Of a stretch of 32,321 bases of DNA, positions 1 to 11,580 are shown piece by piece. Position numbers and translations under genes: made by a program. Under the pieces are notes generated by a model that saw only the letters and a program-made list of their open reading frames with translations, was not told the DNA's origin and made no database searches. The stretch covers positions 1 to 32,321 of the forward strand of contig MCFE01000832.1 of the NCBI GenBank assembly GCA_002104905.1, written 5' to 3'. The first letter of the stretch is position 1. Each line of letters opens with the position of its first letter. This stretch comes from Basidiobolus meristosporus CBS 931.73. Taxonomy: Eukaryota; Fungi; Basidiobolomycota.

Positions 1-323
1 CAGGGCTACAACCAAAAAAGGCCCAGTGGACAGTGTGCCCACTGAAGGTAACAATGCAGACTCCTCAGGCTCTTAGTCAAGTAGGCAATTGGAATCTCTG
101 CAGAGCCGCAAGCTGACCATAATGCTCAGGCAGATGAGAATGCAGCAAATGCTGTACCTTTGGTTGAAGACCAGCAAGTGGCCATTATATCATCACCACC
201 ACCTGTATTAGCAAGTATGTTGTCAGCTCATACCAAACCATTAATGATGCAATTAAGTGCAGTGGCTGATAAAATAGATGCAATGGCCCAGTGAAATCAG
301 GAAATAGTCCAGAAAGATAATAA

Positions 324-870
324 GTGGATAAAAGTGCAAAGCAATCAATATCCCAGGTAGAGAAAGTAGTATCTTTGCTACAAAAAACAAGCTCAAGTAG
401 CTCAATATTACAGCCAAGAGCTCAGCTATATCCTAATGTAACTGCAAAGGAATACTGTACAGTCTTTGAAGCGCAACAACAGTGCCCAAAGATAAAGCCT
501 GCAGAAAAACCTATCACAGGATGGGAGGGAACAAATGTAGTGTTTATTCCAAAGCCTAAAAATCAAGACACTGAAGATCAGCAAAGCCATTGAGTGCAAT
601 GATGAAGAGTGGGCTTATATACAAGAGGCTGTCAGAAGTCTAGCATGCCATCACCTTAAGACTGGCATACTTAATACTAAAGATGCTATTAGAAGTCTAG
701 CATGCCAACACCTTAAGGCCAAGCAGAATGTGCTTGACTTGTTCTATGAGCATTTTCCTGGACTCAAACACGTAAACTGACTCTGGGCCAGCATTTGTAT
801 CCTAAGAAAGTATCTCTAGAATAGCAGAGACTATCAAAGGCAGAAGTACAAGGGTACAATGGCTACAAGC
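324..870 (+). pseudogene. Second, convergent ORF remnant of the CACTA-like element (possible DNA-binding accessory protein), copy 1
   Basis: Homologous to 4380-4866 (EEWANIQEAATSLACQHLK...YYPGFKQANGFWACIGMLRKYCKNSRNHQRQK). Broken by stops in both copies. Family not recognised. Confidence 0.35.
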
Positions 871-959
871 CAGCAGCCTCCTCAAGAGCCTGTTATAAGC
901 AGGGCCAAAAGCTCAAAGCAAGTGTCAAAGAGGCATTAGGTAGCCGGAAGAGTACTGAT

Positions 960-1308
960 TGTTGAAAGAGTCTTGGAGATATTGGAAGTGATTGGGAGAA
1001 CAAGTAGTCTATGTGGTTTTCATGTAATGATTTATTGAGTGTAAAAGTAGAATTTATACTTTCACATAGTCTTGGCATTATAAGCATGTAGAATAGGTTA
1101 AGGAAGGTCCCAAGAGCATATGTGCAAAGTTTGGGGCTGTTTGGACAACTCATCAAATTTTCATGTTCTGGGTACCTGGTATTCTGGTGAAAATATTCTA
1201 AGCAAATTCTAACCAGGAATTTGGTCAGTATTCTCTAGGATTTGAGGGTAATGATCTAAGTGACTAAGTTAGGTGAATATTTAGGTGGAATTACAAATTC
1301 TTATAACA
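960..1308 (-). mobile_element. Ty1/copia solo LTR, 349 bp
   Basis: TG...CA termini, homologous to the other LTRs in the window, flanked by a perfect 5-bp TSD CTGAT (955-959 and 1309-1313). Confidence 0.95.
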
Positions 1309-2199
1309 CTGATAAGGGCAAAGCAGGCAGACACAGATGCACCAGCACAACATTTATCAAGGAAAAAGCATAGCTCTACTCAAGCAGCACTCAGTCAAAG
1401 TAGCAGTGAAGGACCTGGCTGTGATAAAAACAAGCAGCAAAGTAGTGTTAGCTTGCCTGCAGAGTGCCAGCAAGGGACAAGTGGGCCAAAACAGATACAT
1501 CAGAGCAGCACTCAAAAGGGAGAAATTGTAAATCAATACAAGAAGCACTCAGACAAAGTAGCAGTGAGAGACCTGGCAGTAAAAATGGAGAAGGTAAAAG
1601 GAAAAAGTCTACCCAAGCCAGAGACAGGGCAGTGTGAGAAAAAGGCAGCAGCTATTGCCAATTAGTACAGGAAGCCTAGAACAGACTGAGTCTCATCATA
1701 GCCAAGAAGAATTACCAACAAGAAGACAGCTGTTTTCACAAGAGATTGAAAGTGCAGCCAGTTGAGCTACACTCCAGTGTGGTAGATGAGCTTGCAGAGA
1801 AAGGCAATTTGTTTACCACAGCCTTAATGTCCTCCATTGTTGACAAAGTGGAGATCCTACTGACAGACAAAGTAACAAAGTCAAGAACTCAAAAGACTAT
1901 CACAATGGCTTTAGTGGGATTCCAAAACATTAATAGGCACACCAGGAGGTTGCAGCACTTCTTCAAGAGCAGTGCTCAAGAAAATGCACTTGAATATTGC
2001 CAGGATTTATTGCAAAGACTTACAGATGAGTTGCTAGACTTTGCAGTGCTGGCTGAAGACCAGGATGCATGGGAACCAGTGAATGAACAGTGGCACAAAG
2101 CTGTAGGGTTCCAGCCAAAGTTGTGCAAGCAGAGCATTACAGTAAAAATACTTATGGAGTGGCAGATTTTAATGGAGTGACTTGTTGAGTGTGGGGTTG

Positions 2200-3713
2200 G
2201 GCTTAATGTTAGTGTAGGGTATAGGGACTTGTATAGGGAAATACAATTGGCAATTGAGTTACAACTGAAAATTTAATGGAATAAGTCAGGTTGTATGCAT
2301 GAAAAGTAAGAGAAACAGTTGAGTCAGGAAGTAAGGAGTGTGAAAAAGAGGTAATAGCCAATCAATGCACACAAACCTTGGAGGTGATATTGTGTCCAGG
2401 ATCAGAAAGGGAGGAAATTGGTAGAGAACCAATCAAAAGCCACTTTTGTATTGTTGTGATGAAAAATGTTGACTAAGTTTTTGAGAAATCTGGGGTGCAA
2501 TTACTCTCTGACAGTATTTGCATGGTTTCCTGGAGGGATCAATACCTCCCAGTATGGGACTTAGAATTTGTGCTGACCTTTGACAGGATCATCACAATAA
2601 CTTTTCATAGGGTACTCAAGTTAGATGGAGATTTAGGCCTACACACCAATGAGACTACAACCAAATTTCTGCACGGATACTGTAAGATAGGCAGCACATT
2701 CAGGTTAATGAGTATCAGTGGCCAGCAGGATTTGCTGGTAGAGTACATGTTTAATGAGAATCCATCAAGTGCCAAGGTAAAGGTATGGTCATACAAACCT
2801 TTGAAGTAGCCCTTGCTTGTTGATTGTTTGTAATATTTTTCTTCAAGTAGATTGGAAATATTTGCACTTGATTGCCACTGAGTGTGATACTTTTTAGCTT
2901 CACAATATTTGTTGGACTGCATAATCTTCTTTAAATGGGGTATTACTGGAATATATCTGGAGTGTGAATAATGTCCTCCACCAATGGTTGTGGATTCCTG
3001 ACAAGTTGGAAACCATGCAATGGTTGCATTTTCTGATGTGAATGCCATGCAACTGCTGGTGCATGCAGATATCAGGATGGTCTCTGGGTCATATGTTGCC
3101 AGCTGCATGGTAGTTGTCTATTAGTACTATTTACATGGAAAGTTGAATCCTGGAATGCTTTTGGCATGAAGTGGAAGTAAATCCTCAAAGCCCCCATTAC
3201 TGACATTAGTGGAAACACACCACTTCTCTTGCCATAACATCATATCATTCACCAGTAGATGGATTTATGGGCTCACTTGGCTCCATAAAGTATCCTGGGC
3301 ATTTTTTTCCACAGGTGTTGTCTCATTTCCCATTGCAATTTTGTCAGGCTCATGCAGGGTACTGTTGCTTGGGGAGATAGGCTCACAATCTATCAGTGAG
3401 CCTTCTTCTTCAGAGTTATCACTCTGCATGCCATATTCAGAAGGCTGAGGCAAGCCTAAAGGTGTCACAAACTTACCTGACTCAGTTTGTGCAAGGTGAC
3501 AAGTATGGCTAGGTGCTGTGATAGAAGTATCAAGTGGCTGGCAAGATATTTTCTGGACAGCAGTGACTGATGCATGGTCAAATATGACTTATGTGACAGA
3601 GCACTGTCTGTGATCCTTGTTATGCTTCCTATACTCTCTGTGTGCTTCATGACTGAGAGACTAGCTACAATAGCCACATGGTCTTTTTCTCTTCTCTTAC
3701 AGCATTGCGTCAA
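2200..3713 (-). pseudogene. CACTA/EnSpm-type (Transposase_21/Tnp2-like) transposase remnant; best-preserved core 2605-3108
   Basis: ORF 2605..3108 has RYIPVIPHLKKIM...TLALDGFSL...SCWPLILINLNVLP..QY..RNLVVVSLVCRPKSPSNL, matching the CACTA pattern DGF...WP-x-ILxNLNLPP...N...GPKxP. An acidic N-terminal piece lies at 3265..3468. A decayed IKFSVVTQLPIVFPYTSP motif lies further downstream. Stops and frameshifts throughout. Confidence 0.65.
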
Positions 3714-3929
3714 AGTAGTCTTGCTAATGGGGCAAACAGTTTGACACTCAACAGTGCAAAGCTATTATAGAATTTTCTTATCAATACTCATGTGAGTTTG
3801 AGACAGTCTGGTATTTGAGACAATGCACCTACATGAAAGTAAGACTCAATGATAACCTGTCATAGTAAGCATTATAAATAAAGTTGTTACACCACATATA
3901 TATGTATGTGGCACTATTTCCCCTTTGGT

Positions 3930-5471
3930 TTAACTCACTTCTGTATATAGGCCACCAGCAAATAATGCAAAGTTGTCTGGTTCCCAACTATGCCCTGCCA
4001 CTGACAGCAGCAGGAGAAAAGTTGGACAACAGCTTGCTTTAACACTTGGTGCAACAAGCAGGGCCACATCCAAAAAAGGCCATGTTGACGGTGTGCCCAC
4101 TGAAGGTAATAATGCAGACTCCTCAGGCTTGCAGCCAAGTAGGCAATTGGAATCTCTGCAGAGCCACAAGCTGGCCATAATGCTCAGGAAGATGAGAATG
4201 CAGCAAATACCATACCTTTGGTTGAAGACCAGCAAGTGGCCATTATATCATCACCACCACCTGTATTAGCAAATATGTTGTCAGCTCATACCATACCGTT
4301 AATGAGGCAATGAGGTGCAGTGGCTGATAGGATAGATGCAATGGTCCAGAAACAGAATGAGTGGATACAGGGTGTAGAGTAATCAATATCCCAGGTAGAG
4401 AAAGCATTATCTTTGCTGCAAAGAGCAAGCTTAAGTAGCACAATGTCACAGCCAAGAATTGAGCTATTACCTGATGTAGCTGCAGAGGAACATCATGTAG
4501 TCTTTCAAGCACAACATCAGTGCCCAATGATAAAGCCCACAGAATGCTTATCACAGCATGAGAGGGAGAGATTGTGGTGTTTATACTAAAGCCTAAAAAT
4601 CAAACACATTGAAGATCTGTGAGCCAGTTAAGTGTAATGATGAAGAGTGGGCTAATATTCAAGAGGCTGCTACAAGTCTAGCATGCCAACACCTTAAGGT
4701 AAACATACCATGGAAGCAGCAGGAACTCAAGGCTAAGCAGAATGTACCTGACTTGTTCTATGAGTATTATCCTGGATTCAAACAAGCAAATGGATTTTGG
4801 GCCTGCATTGGAATGCTAAGAAAGTATTGCAAAAATAGCAGAAACCATCAAAGGCAGAAGAACTAAGGTACAATGGCTAAAAACCAGCAGCTTCCTAAAG
4901 AGCCCATTACAGGTGGGGCCAAGGACATATGGGAACATGTGAATGAGTAGTTGTATAAAGCTGTAGGGATCCCACCAAAGTCACAGAAATAGAGCATTGT
5001 AGCAGAAATACTTATTGAATGGTGGATTCCAGTGGATTTACTTGTTGAGTGTGGGGTTGGGCTTAACGTGAGCAGAGGGTATAGGGACTTTTAGAGGTCA
5101 GTGCAATGGGCAATTGAGTTACAACTGAAAATTGAATGGAATAAATCAATTTGTATTCATGAAAAGTAAGAGAATTGGTTTAGTCAGGAAGTAAGGAGTG
5201 TGAAAAAGAGGCAATAGCTAATCAATATACACAAATGTAGAAGATAATTATGTGTTCAGGACTAGCAAATGAGATAATTGGCAGAGAACAATCTAATGCC
5301 ACTTATCTATTGTGGTGATGAAAATTTTGACTAAGTTTTTTGTGAAATCTGGGGTGCAATTGTTTTTACAGTCTTTGTACAGTGTCCTGATGGGATCAGT
5401 ACCTCTTAGTCACTGGATTCTATTTTTGTGACAGCCTTTTGATGGGATCATTGCAATTATTTCTCATAGGG
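3930..5471. repeat. Copy 2 of the CACTA-like element in direct orientation, internally deleted and truncated
   Basis: 4059-~4925 aligns with 1-~907 and ~4926-5471 aligns with ~2063-2612. The intervening part of copy 1 is missing at a short CCA microhomology. The copy ends abruptly at the junction with copia remnant D. Confidence 0.8.
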
Positions 5472-6745
5472 TTCTTGATATTTGCTAAAAGCTTCTCTTT
5501 GGTGTGTGAAGTGTTGAGATGCTCCAGAGTCAATATACCATGTCTGAGAATCCTTGTTTGTGGTCACATTTTGTGCCAATGTGACAAGTCTATATTCAGT
5601 TGTTGGAGCATTTCCATATTCAGACTTCCTTTGCTGTTTATCTCTCTCTTTGAGGCATTGGTCTAATGCGTGTCCTTTCCTTTTGCAGTAGTCTCAAAGC
5701 CGGTTGAAGTTGCCTTGAAAGGGTCTTGGGTACCCCTTTGCTGTTTATCCTTGCCTATTAAAGCATCCTCTTCTCTCTGCTTATTAGTAATTGATTTTCT
5801 TGATTTTTCATCCAGGTGCCTTCCATATACATAATTTAAGGTCAAATCTTCAGTTTTGGACTCTAGAGCTTATACAAAGCCCTGAAACCTATCAGTTAGG
5901 CTATTCAGGATGGTAACTATTGCATCTTCATCATTTGTTAGTAAGCCCACAGATTCCATCTAGTCAACCAACAAAGTAAATCTGTTAATTATAATTTTTT
6001 TCTTCTGCTGGCAGCAACCTTGTAGTAAACATTTTCATCTAAGATACACTCTCTTAGCAGCTGAACATGACTGGTAGATGTCTTCTAGTGCATTATGGGA
6101 ATTCTTTGCTATTGTTGCTCTTAAGCATTGATTTGGCAATTTGTGTTTAACATTAAGGCAAATGCAGTTAAAGGCACTTTGTTCATTCTTCTGGTACTTT
6201 AAGGTTTCCTCTCCAATTTTTTTAGAAGGGTATTCTTCTCCCATGACAGTATTCTAAAACTTCTTTCTTGTAGCAGCATCTTCATCTTCACCTTCCACAC
6301 TTAGTAGTTAGATTCATTTAACTTTTTGGCAGAGGCAAAATTTGAGTAATGGCAGTGGTAGACATTGCAGGGAGTGACAGCTTGGGGCAGATGACCTGTT
6401 GTAAGAGTCTTGGAGACATTGGAAGTGACTTGGAGGACAAGTAGATTATGTGGTTTTCATTTAGTGATTCATTGATTGTAAAAGCAATGTTTATACTTTT
6501 ACATAGTCTTGGTATAACAAACACATAGAATAGGTTTAGGAAGATCCCAAGAGCATGTGTACTAGGTTTGGAGCTGTTAGGAAAACCTTGGAAAATTTAA
6601 TATTCTAGGAACCTGTTAATTTGGTGAGAATATCTCAGGTAAATCCCAACAAGGAGTTTGGTTAGTATTCTCCAGGATTTCTATGTAATGATCCAAGTGA
6701 CTATGTTAGGTAAATATTCATGTGGAGTTACAAATTTTTACAACT
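5472..6745 (-). mobile_element. Ty1/copia element D: 5' LTR (6397-6745), decayed PBS, gag and start of protease; 3'-truncated
   Basis: Reverse complement gives the LTR end ...ctcttacaaca, then ggtcatctgcccc (decayed PBS), gag fragments (KYQKNEQSAFNCICLNVK, EDIYQSCSAAKRVYLR) and the WYIDSGASQHFTH protease motif. No 3' LTR. Confidence 0.9.
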
Positions 6746-6967
6746 CTATTAGTTCCAATGATCAATAGCACATTGTACTAAGTCTAATATGTATATGGTG
6801 ACTATTTATTGCTAGTTTTGAGTATTTCCAATATATTGCAGCTTGCAGGTCCCAATAGGGCATGTGTTATACTTGGAGTTTTTCAGCAACTTTAGCAAGT
6901 GTTATTTAATGGGTTAATGTGATTTAGGTCATGATACTATAACTCCCAACATGGCAAATAGCTACTC

Positions 6968-7244
6968 TGTAATGTAATTGTTGTGATCACACCTAGATAC
7001 TTACTGACTTTAGTCACTTATGTCACTGTCCACAAATCTTGGAGAACTCAGGCCAAATCTCTTGTTATGATTCACTTGGATAATTTTCACCAAAATATCA
7101 GGTTCCTAGAACATTAAGATTCCCAAAGTTGACCAGACAGTCCCAAACTTTGCATACATATGTATTCTCAATAAATTATTGACTGAATATCATAAATCAC
7201 TTGTTCTTCCAGTCACTTCCAATATCTCCAAAGCTCTTAGAGCA
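6968..7244 (+). mobile_element. Older, diverged and internally deleted LTR relic of the same copia family
   Basis: Colinear blocks similar to the family LTR (ttagtcactta, ttttcaccaaaata, cccaaactttgca, tcacttccaatatctccaa). Boundaries approximate, no TSD found. Confidence 0.7.
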
Positions 7245-7659
7245 CATTGAATGTTAAAGCAGTGTAAACTAAGCAAACATGAATATCTAAGCCTGTTACA
7301 ATGTGAATTTTATTGTTAGAATTTGTAATTCCACCTAAATATTCACATAGCTTAGTCACTTAGATCATTACCTTCAAATCCTAGAGAATATTGACCAAAC
7401 TCCTTGTCAGGATTTACTTAGAATATTTTCACCAAAATACCAGGTACCTAGAACATGAAAATTCTCAAAGTTGTCCAAGCAGCCCCAAACTTTGCACTCA
7501 TGTTCTTGGGACCTTCCTGAACCTATTCTGAGTGCTTTTAATGCCAAGACCATGTAAAAGTATAAATACTACTTTTACATTCAATAAATCAGTAAGTGAA
7601 TACCACATAATTTACTTGTTCACCCAATCACTTCCAATATCCTCAAGACTCTTACAACA

Positions 7660-7671
7660 GGTTATGAGCCC
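7660..7671 (+). promoter_or_regulatory. Primer-binding site of element A, GGTTATGAGCCC, containing the gag ATG (7664)
   Basis: Directly abuts the LTR end. Complementary to the anticodon-arm segment GGGCUCAUAACC of initiator Met tRNA, the Ty5/Drosophila copia half-tRNA type. Identical PBS in element C at 16077-16088. Confidence 0.9.
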
Positions 7672-10600
7672 CAAGTTGTCACTCTCTGCAATGTCTACTA
7701 CTGCTATTACTGAAATTTTCCCCTCTGCTGAAAAGTTGGATGGATCTAACTACCAAGTGTGGAAGGTGAAGATGAAGATGCTGCTACAAGAAAGAGGCCT
7801 GTGGGATATTGTCATGGGAGAAGAATGCCCTCCTAAAAACATAGGAGAGGAAACCTTAAAGTACCAGAAGAATGAACAAAGTGCCTTTAACTGCATATGC
7901 CTTAATGTTAAAGACAAATTGCTAATTCAATGCTCAAGAGCAAAAAACGCAAAGAATGCCTTGAAGACATTAGAAGACACTTACTAGTCATGTTTGGCTG
8001 CTAAGAAAATGTATCTGAGACAAAAATTCCTTACTACACAGATGCTGTCAGGAGAAGAAATGAAAAATCTAATTAACAGATTTACCCTGCTGGTAGATGA
8101 GATGGAATCTTTGGGTGTACCAACTACTGATGAGGATGTGATAGTTACCATCCTGAATAGCCTGACAGACAGGTTTCAGGGCCTTGTATCAGCCCTACAG
8201 TCCAGAACTGAAGATTTGACCTTAATTATGTACATGGAAGGCTCCTGGATAAAGAATTAAAAAAATCAATTACTAATAAGCAGAGAGAAGAAGATGCTTT
8301 AATAGGCAAGGATAAACAGCAAAGGAGGTACCCAATACCCTAAAAAGGCAGCAGCAACCTGTTTTGTAACTACTGCAAAAGGAAAGGACACACATCAGAC
8401 CAGTGCTTCAAAAAGAAAGATAATCAGCAAAAGAAGCCTGAATGTGGAAATGCCACAACTACTGAAGATAGACTATTCATATCTGAACTAAATATGCCCA
8501 CAAACAAGGATTCTCAGATATGGTATATTGACTCTGGAGCATCTCAATGCTTTACACACCAAAAAGAACTTTTCACCCAATATCAAGAAATTCCAATTAA
8601 GATGGTTTTCATAGGTGACAATAGAATACTTGATGCAGTGGGAGAAGGAACTATCCAAGTAAACCTAAGAAGCAGTGAAGGAAGCCATACATTGACTTTC
8701 AAAGAAGTATTTTATGTACCAGAAATAGCCAAGAACCTACTATCTATAAGCAAGGCCACTGCAGAAGGACTCAGTTTCAGCTTTGACAATTCTGGATGCA
8801 AGATCACTGATCAGAATGGTGCCCATTTTGCTTTGGGTATCAGAGATCCAAATCTATACAAGTTGACTTATATTCCATCATATTTGGAAGCCAATATAAG
8901 TAATTTCAATGAAGAAACACCAATACTTTGGCACAGGAGTGTTGGGCACATCAATTTTGATTATTTGTGCAAAATAATCAAAGATCAGCTAATTTCTGGA
9001 GTGAAAATTGATCCCCCAGCTAATTTGGAGCACTGTGAGGCCTACATATATGGGGAAAAAGCCAGACAATCATTCTAGAGCTCTGGGTTGATCAAAACTA
9101 AGAAAAAATCTGATCTAACTCACACTGATCTGTGTGGACCTATGCAAAATTTATTCTTAGGCAGGATGAATTATTTAATCACCTTTATTGATGATTATAC
9201 AAGTTACACATGGGTCTACTTCATGGAGAGAAAGGAAGAAGCTCTGTATAAGCTCAGGGAGTTTAAAGCCATGGTGGAGAGAGAAACTGGTGAAAAAATC
9301 AAGAAAATATGTTCTAACAATGGTGGAGAATACACCTCAAAACTCTTCATCAACTTCAGCAAGATTCATGGCATAAAGCAAGAGAATAATGTATCATACT
9401 CCCCACAGCAAAATGGAGTAGCAGAACATGCTAACAGATCAATAATTGATATGGCAAGATCTATGATCCATTATCAAAAATTATCCTATGATTTTTGGGT
9501 GGAATCAGTTGCCACTGCTGTATATTTTAAAGATAGGAGTTATAACAAAATACTTTGTTGTTCCACTCCACTTGAAGCATGGTTTGGATACAGACCAAGT
9601 GCAGAACATTTAAGAATATTTGGGTGTACAGCATATGCCAAGAAACTGCCCAGAAATTAGTCAAAATTTGAGCCAAAAAGTGTAAAATGCATATTTTGGC
9701 CTACTGCAATGAGAATAAAGCATACAGACTCCACTATACCAAGGCAAAGAAGCTAATCAAGTCCAGGGATGCGTTGTTTAATGAAAATTTAAAATTTTCA
9801 CAAAAAATGATATCAGATGATGACAAAAATCTGATCTCAAGTCCACCAACTGTCAGGATTGAATCAGAGCAAAACAATGGAAATTTAGTCAAATTACCAA
9901 TCAACCAAAAATCAATTGGATGTAGATGGGTCTTCAAGACAAAATGCAAGGCTGATGGTACAATTGAAAGAAACAAAGCAAGACTTGTGACCAAAGGATA
10001 CTCTCAAACAAAAGGACTTGACTATACTGAGACCTTTGCACTGGTAGCCAAGTTTAATTCCATCAGATTAGTATTGGCAATTGCAGCCAAATATAAGTTT
10101 TTTATTCATCAAATGAATGTAAAAACTGCATTTTTGAATGGAGAACTTGATGAGGAGGTGTATATGGACCAGCCTGATGGGTTTGCTGACCAAGATAACC
10201 CCCATTTGGTCTGCAAGCTTAAAAAGTCACTATATGGTCTCAATCATTCACCAAGACCCTGGAATTGAAAGATAGATTCTTATTTGCAATCTTTGAGTTT
10301 CAGAAGAAGTAATGCTGACTATAGTATATACTATAAGCCAGAGAGACCAAATTCAGCTCTATTAGCTCTATATGTGGATGATCTTATTATAGCTGCCAAT
10401 AACCTAGAAACATTGGAAGAGACTAATTACCGCCTATCTACAGAGTTCAAGATGTCAAATCTAGGAGAACTCAGTTACTACTTAGGGATTAAGCTCTCCA
10501 TAGATAGAAGTACCCAGACTATTACCCTCAGCCAATCCAAGTATATTCAAGATATACTAAAGAAGTACCAAATGGAAGACTGTAAACCGGCAGTTACCCC

Positions 10601-11351
10601 AATGGAGACAAACCTTAACTTGGTCAAAATTCAACCAAATCAAGAGAGCTTGGTGCTATCTGAGAGCCCTGACTTTCCTTATCAATTTATGGATGGCAAC
10701 CTGATGAATATCATGCTTGGAACACGTCCAGACATCTCATACTCAGTGGGAGTTGTCAGCCAACATAATCAGAACTATGGATCTGATAATAGTGCAGCAG
10801 TTAAGGGGATTCTTAGATACCTAAAAGGAACTGCTGATATCTGCTTAAGATACACTTATAGGGACTCAGAACAGGATCTTGTGGGATACTCTGATGCAGA
10901 TTGGGGACAAAAGTTAGAAGACAGAAGATCCACCACAGGATACACCTTTCTTTACTGTAAAGGAGCAATATCATGGAATTCAAGAAAGCAACCAACTGTA
11001 GCACTTTCCACCACAGAGGCAGAGTATATGGCAGCCTGTGGAGCTACAAAAGAAGCAATGTGGCTAAGAAAGCTTTTTACAGATTTAGGCATATGTCAAA
11101 AAACGCCTATTGCTTTATTTCAAGATAATCAAGGATGTATATAATTAGGTAGAGTTCCAACTTTTCATGCTAGAACCAAGCACATAGATATTAGACATCA
11201 TTGCATACATGAAGCTATAGAGAATAACTTAGTTAGCTTAGCTTACTGTCCTTCAGATGAAATGATTGCAGATATATTTACCAAACCATTAGCTAGAGAC
11301 AAGTTTGAATATCTTAGGTCAAAATTAGGACTAGTCAGTATGAACATTTAG
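7664..11351 (+). pseudogene. Element A gag-pol polyprotein, disrupted
   Basis: KLDGSNYQVWK gag motif, CNYCKRKGHTSDQC zinc knuckle, WYIDSGAS protease, LWHRSVGHIN and HCEAYIYG integrase zinc region, TDLCGPM/NNGGEY/SPQQNGVAE rve core, KARLVTKGYSQ/KTAFLNG/LYVDD RT, YSDADWG/STTEAEY RNase H. Stops at 7985 and 9658, frameshifts, and a 283-bp deletion near 9880. Confidence 0.95.
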
Positions 11352-11353
11352 CT

Positions 11354-11362
11354 GAGTGGGAG
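11354..11362 (+). promoter_or_regulatory. Polypurine tract GAGTGGGAG of element A (also B 11928-11936 on minus, C 20792-20800)
   Basis: Immediately precedes the 3' LTR start in all three elements. Confidence 0.85.
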
Positions 11363-11580
11363 TGTTGTAAATTTGTAATTCCACCTAAATATTCACCTAA
11401 CTTAGTCACTTAGATCATCACCTTCAAATCCTAGAGAATACTGACCAAATTCCTTGTTGGGATTTACTTGGAATATTTTCACCAAACTACCAGGTACCCA
11501 GTTCATAAAAATTCTCAAAATTGTCCAAACAGTCCCAAACTTTGCGCACATGTTCTTGGGACCTTCCTTAACCTATTCTA

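Larger units (their letters stand above)
1..3900. mobile_element. Degenerate CACTA/EnSpm (CMC)-like DNA transposon, copy 1 (left end outside the window, right end approximate, interrupted by a solo LTR)
   Basis: Contains a minus-strand transposase relic and a convergent plus-strand ORF relic. Most of it is repeated at ~4059-5471. It is strongly CpG-depleted. No terminal inverted repeats were found. Confidence 0.55.

Noticed and set aside
3912-3923. CACTATTTCCCC as a possible CACTA terminal inverted repeat, next to a small CCACATA...TATGTGG hairpin
   Set aside because: No matching inverted partner or 3-bp TSD was found in the window.
7532-7663. Stop-free frame in the last ~130 nt of each LTR, in frame with gag (MPRP.KSIN.TFTFNKS...)
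   Set aside because: Its ATG lies upstream of the candidate TATA box, so it is probably not transcribed. Conservation is explained by high LTR identity, and ~43 stop-free codons can occur by chance.
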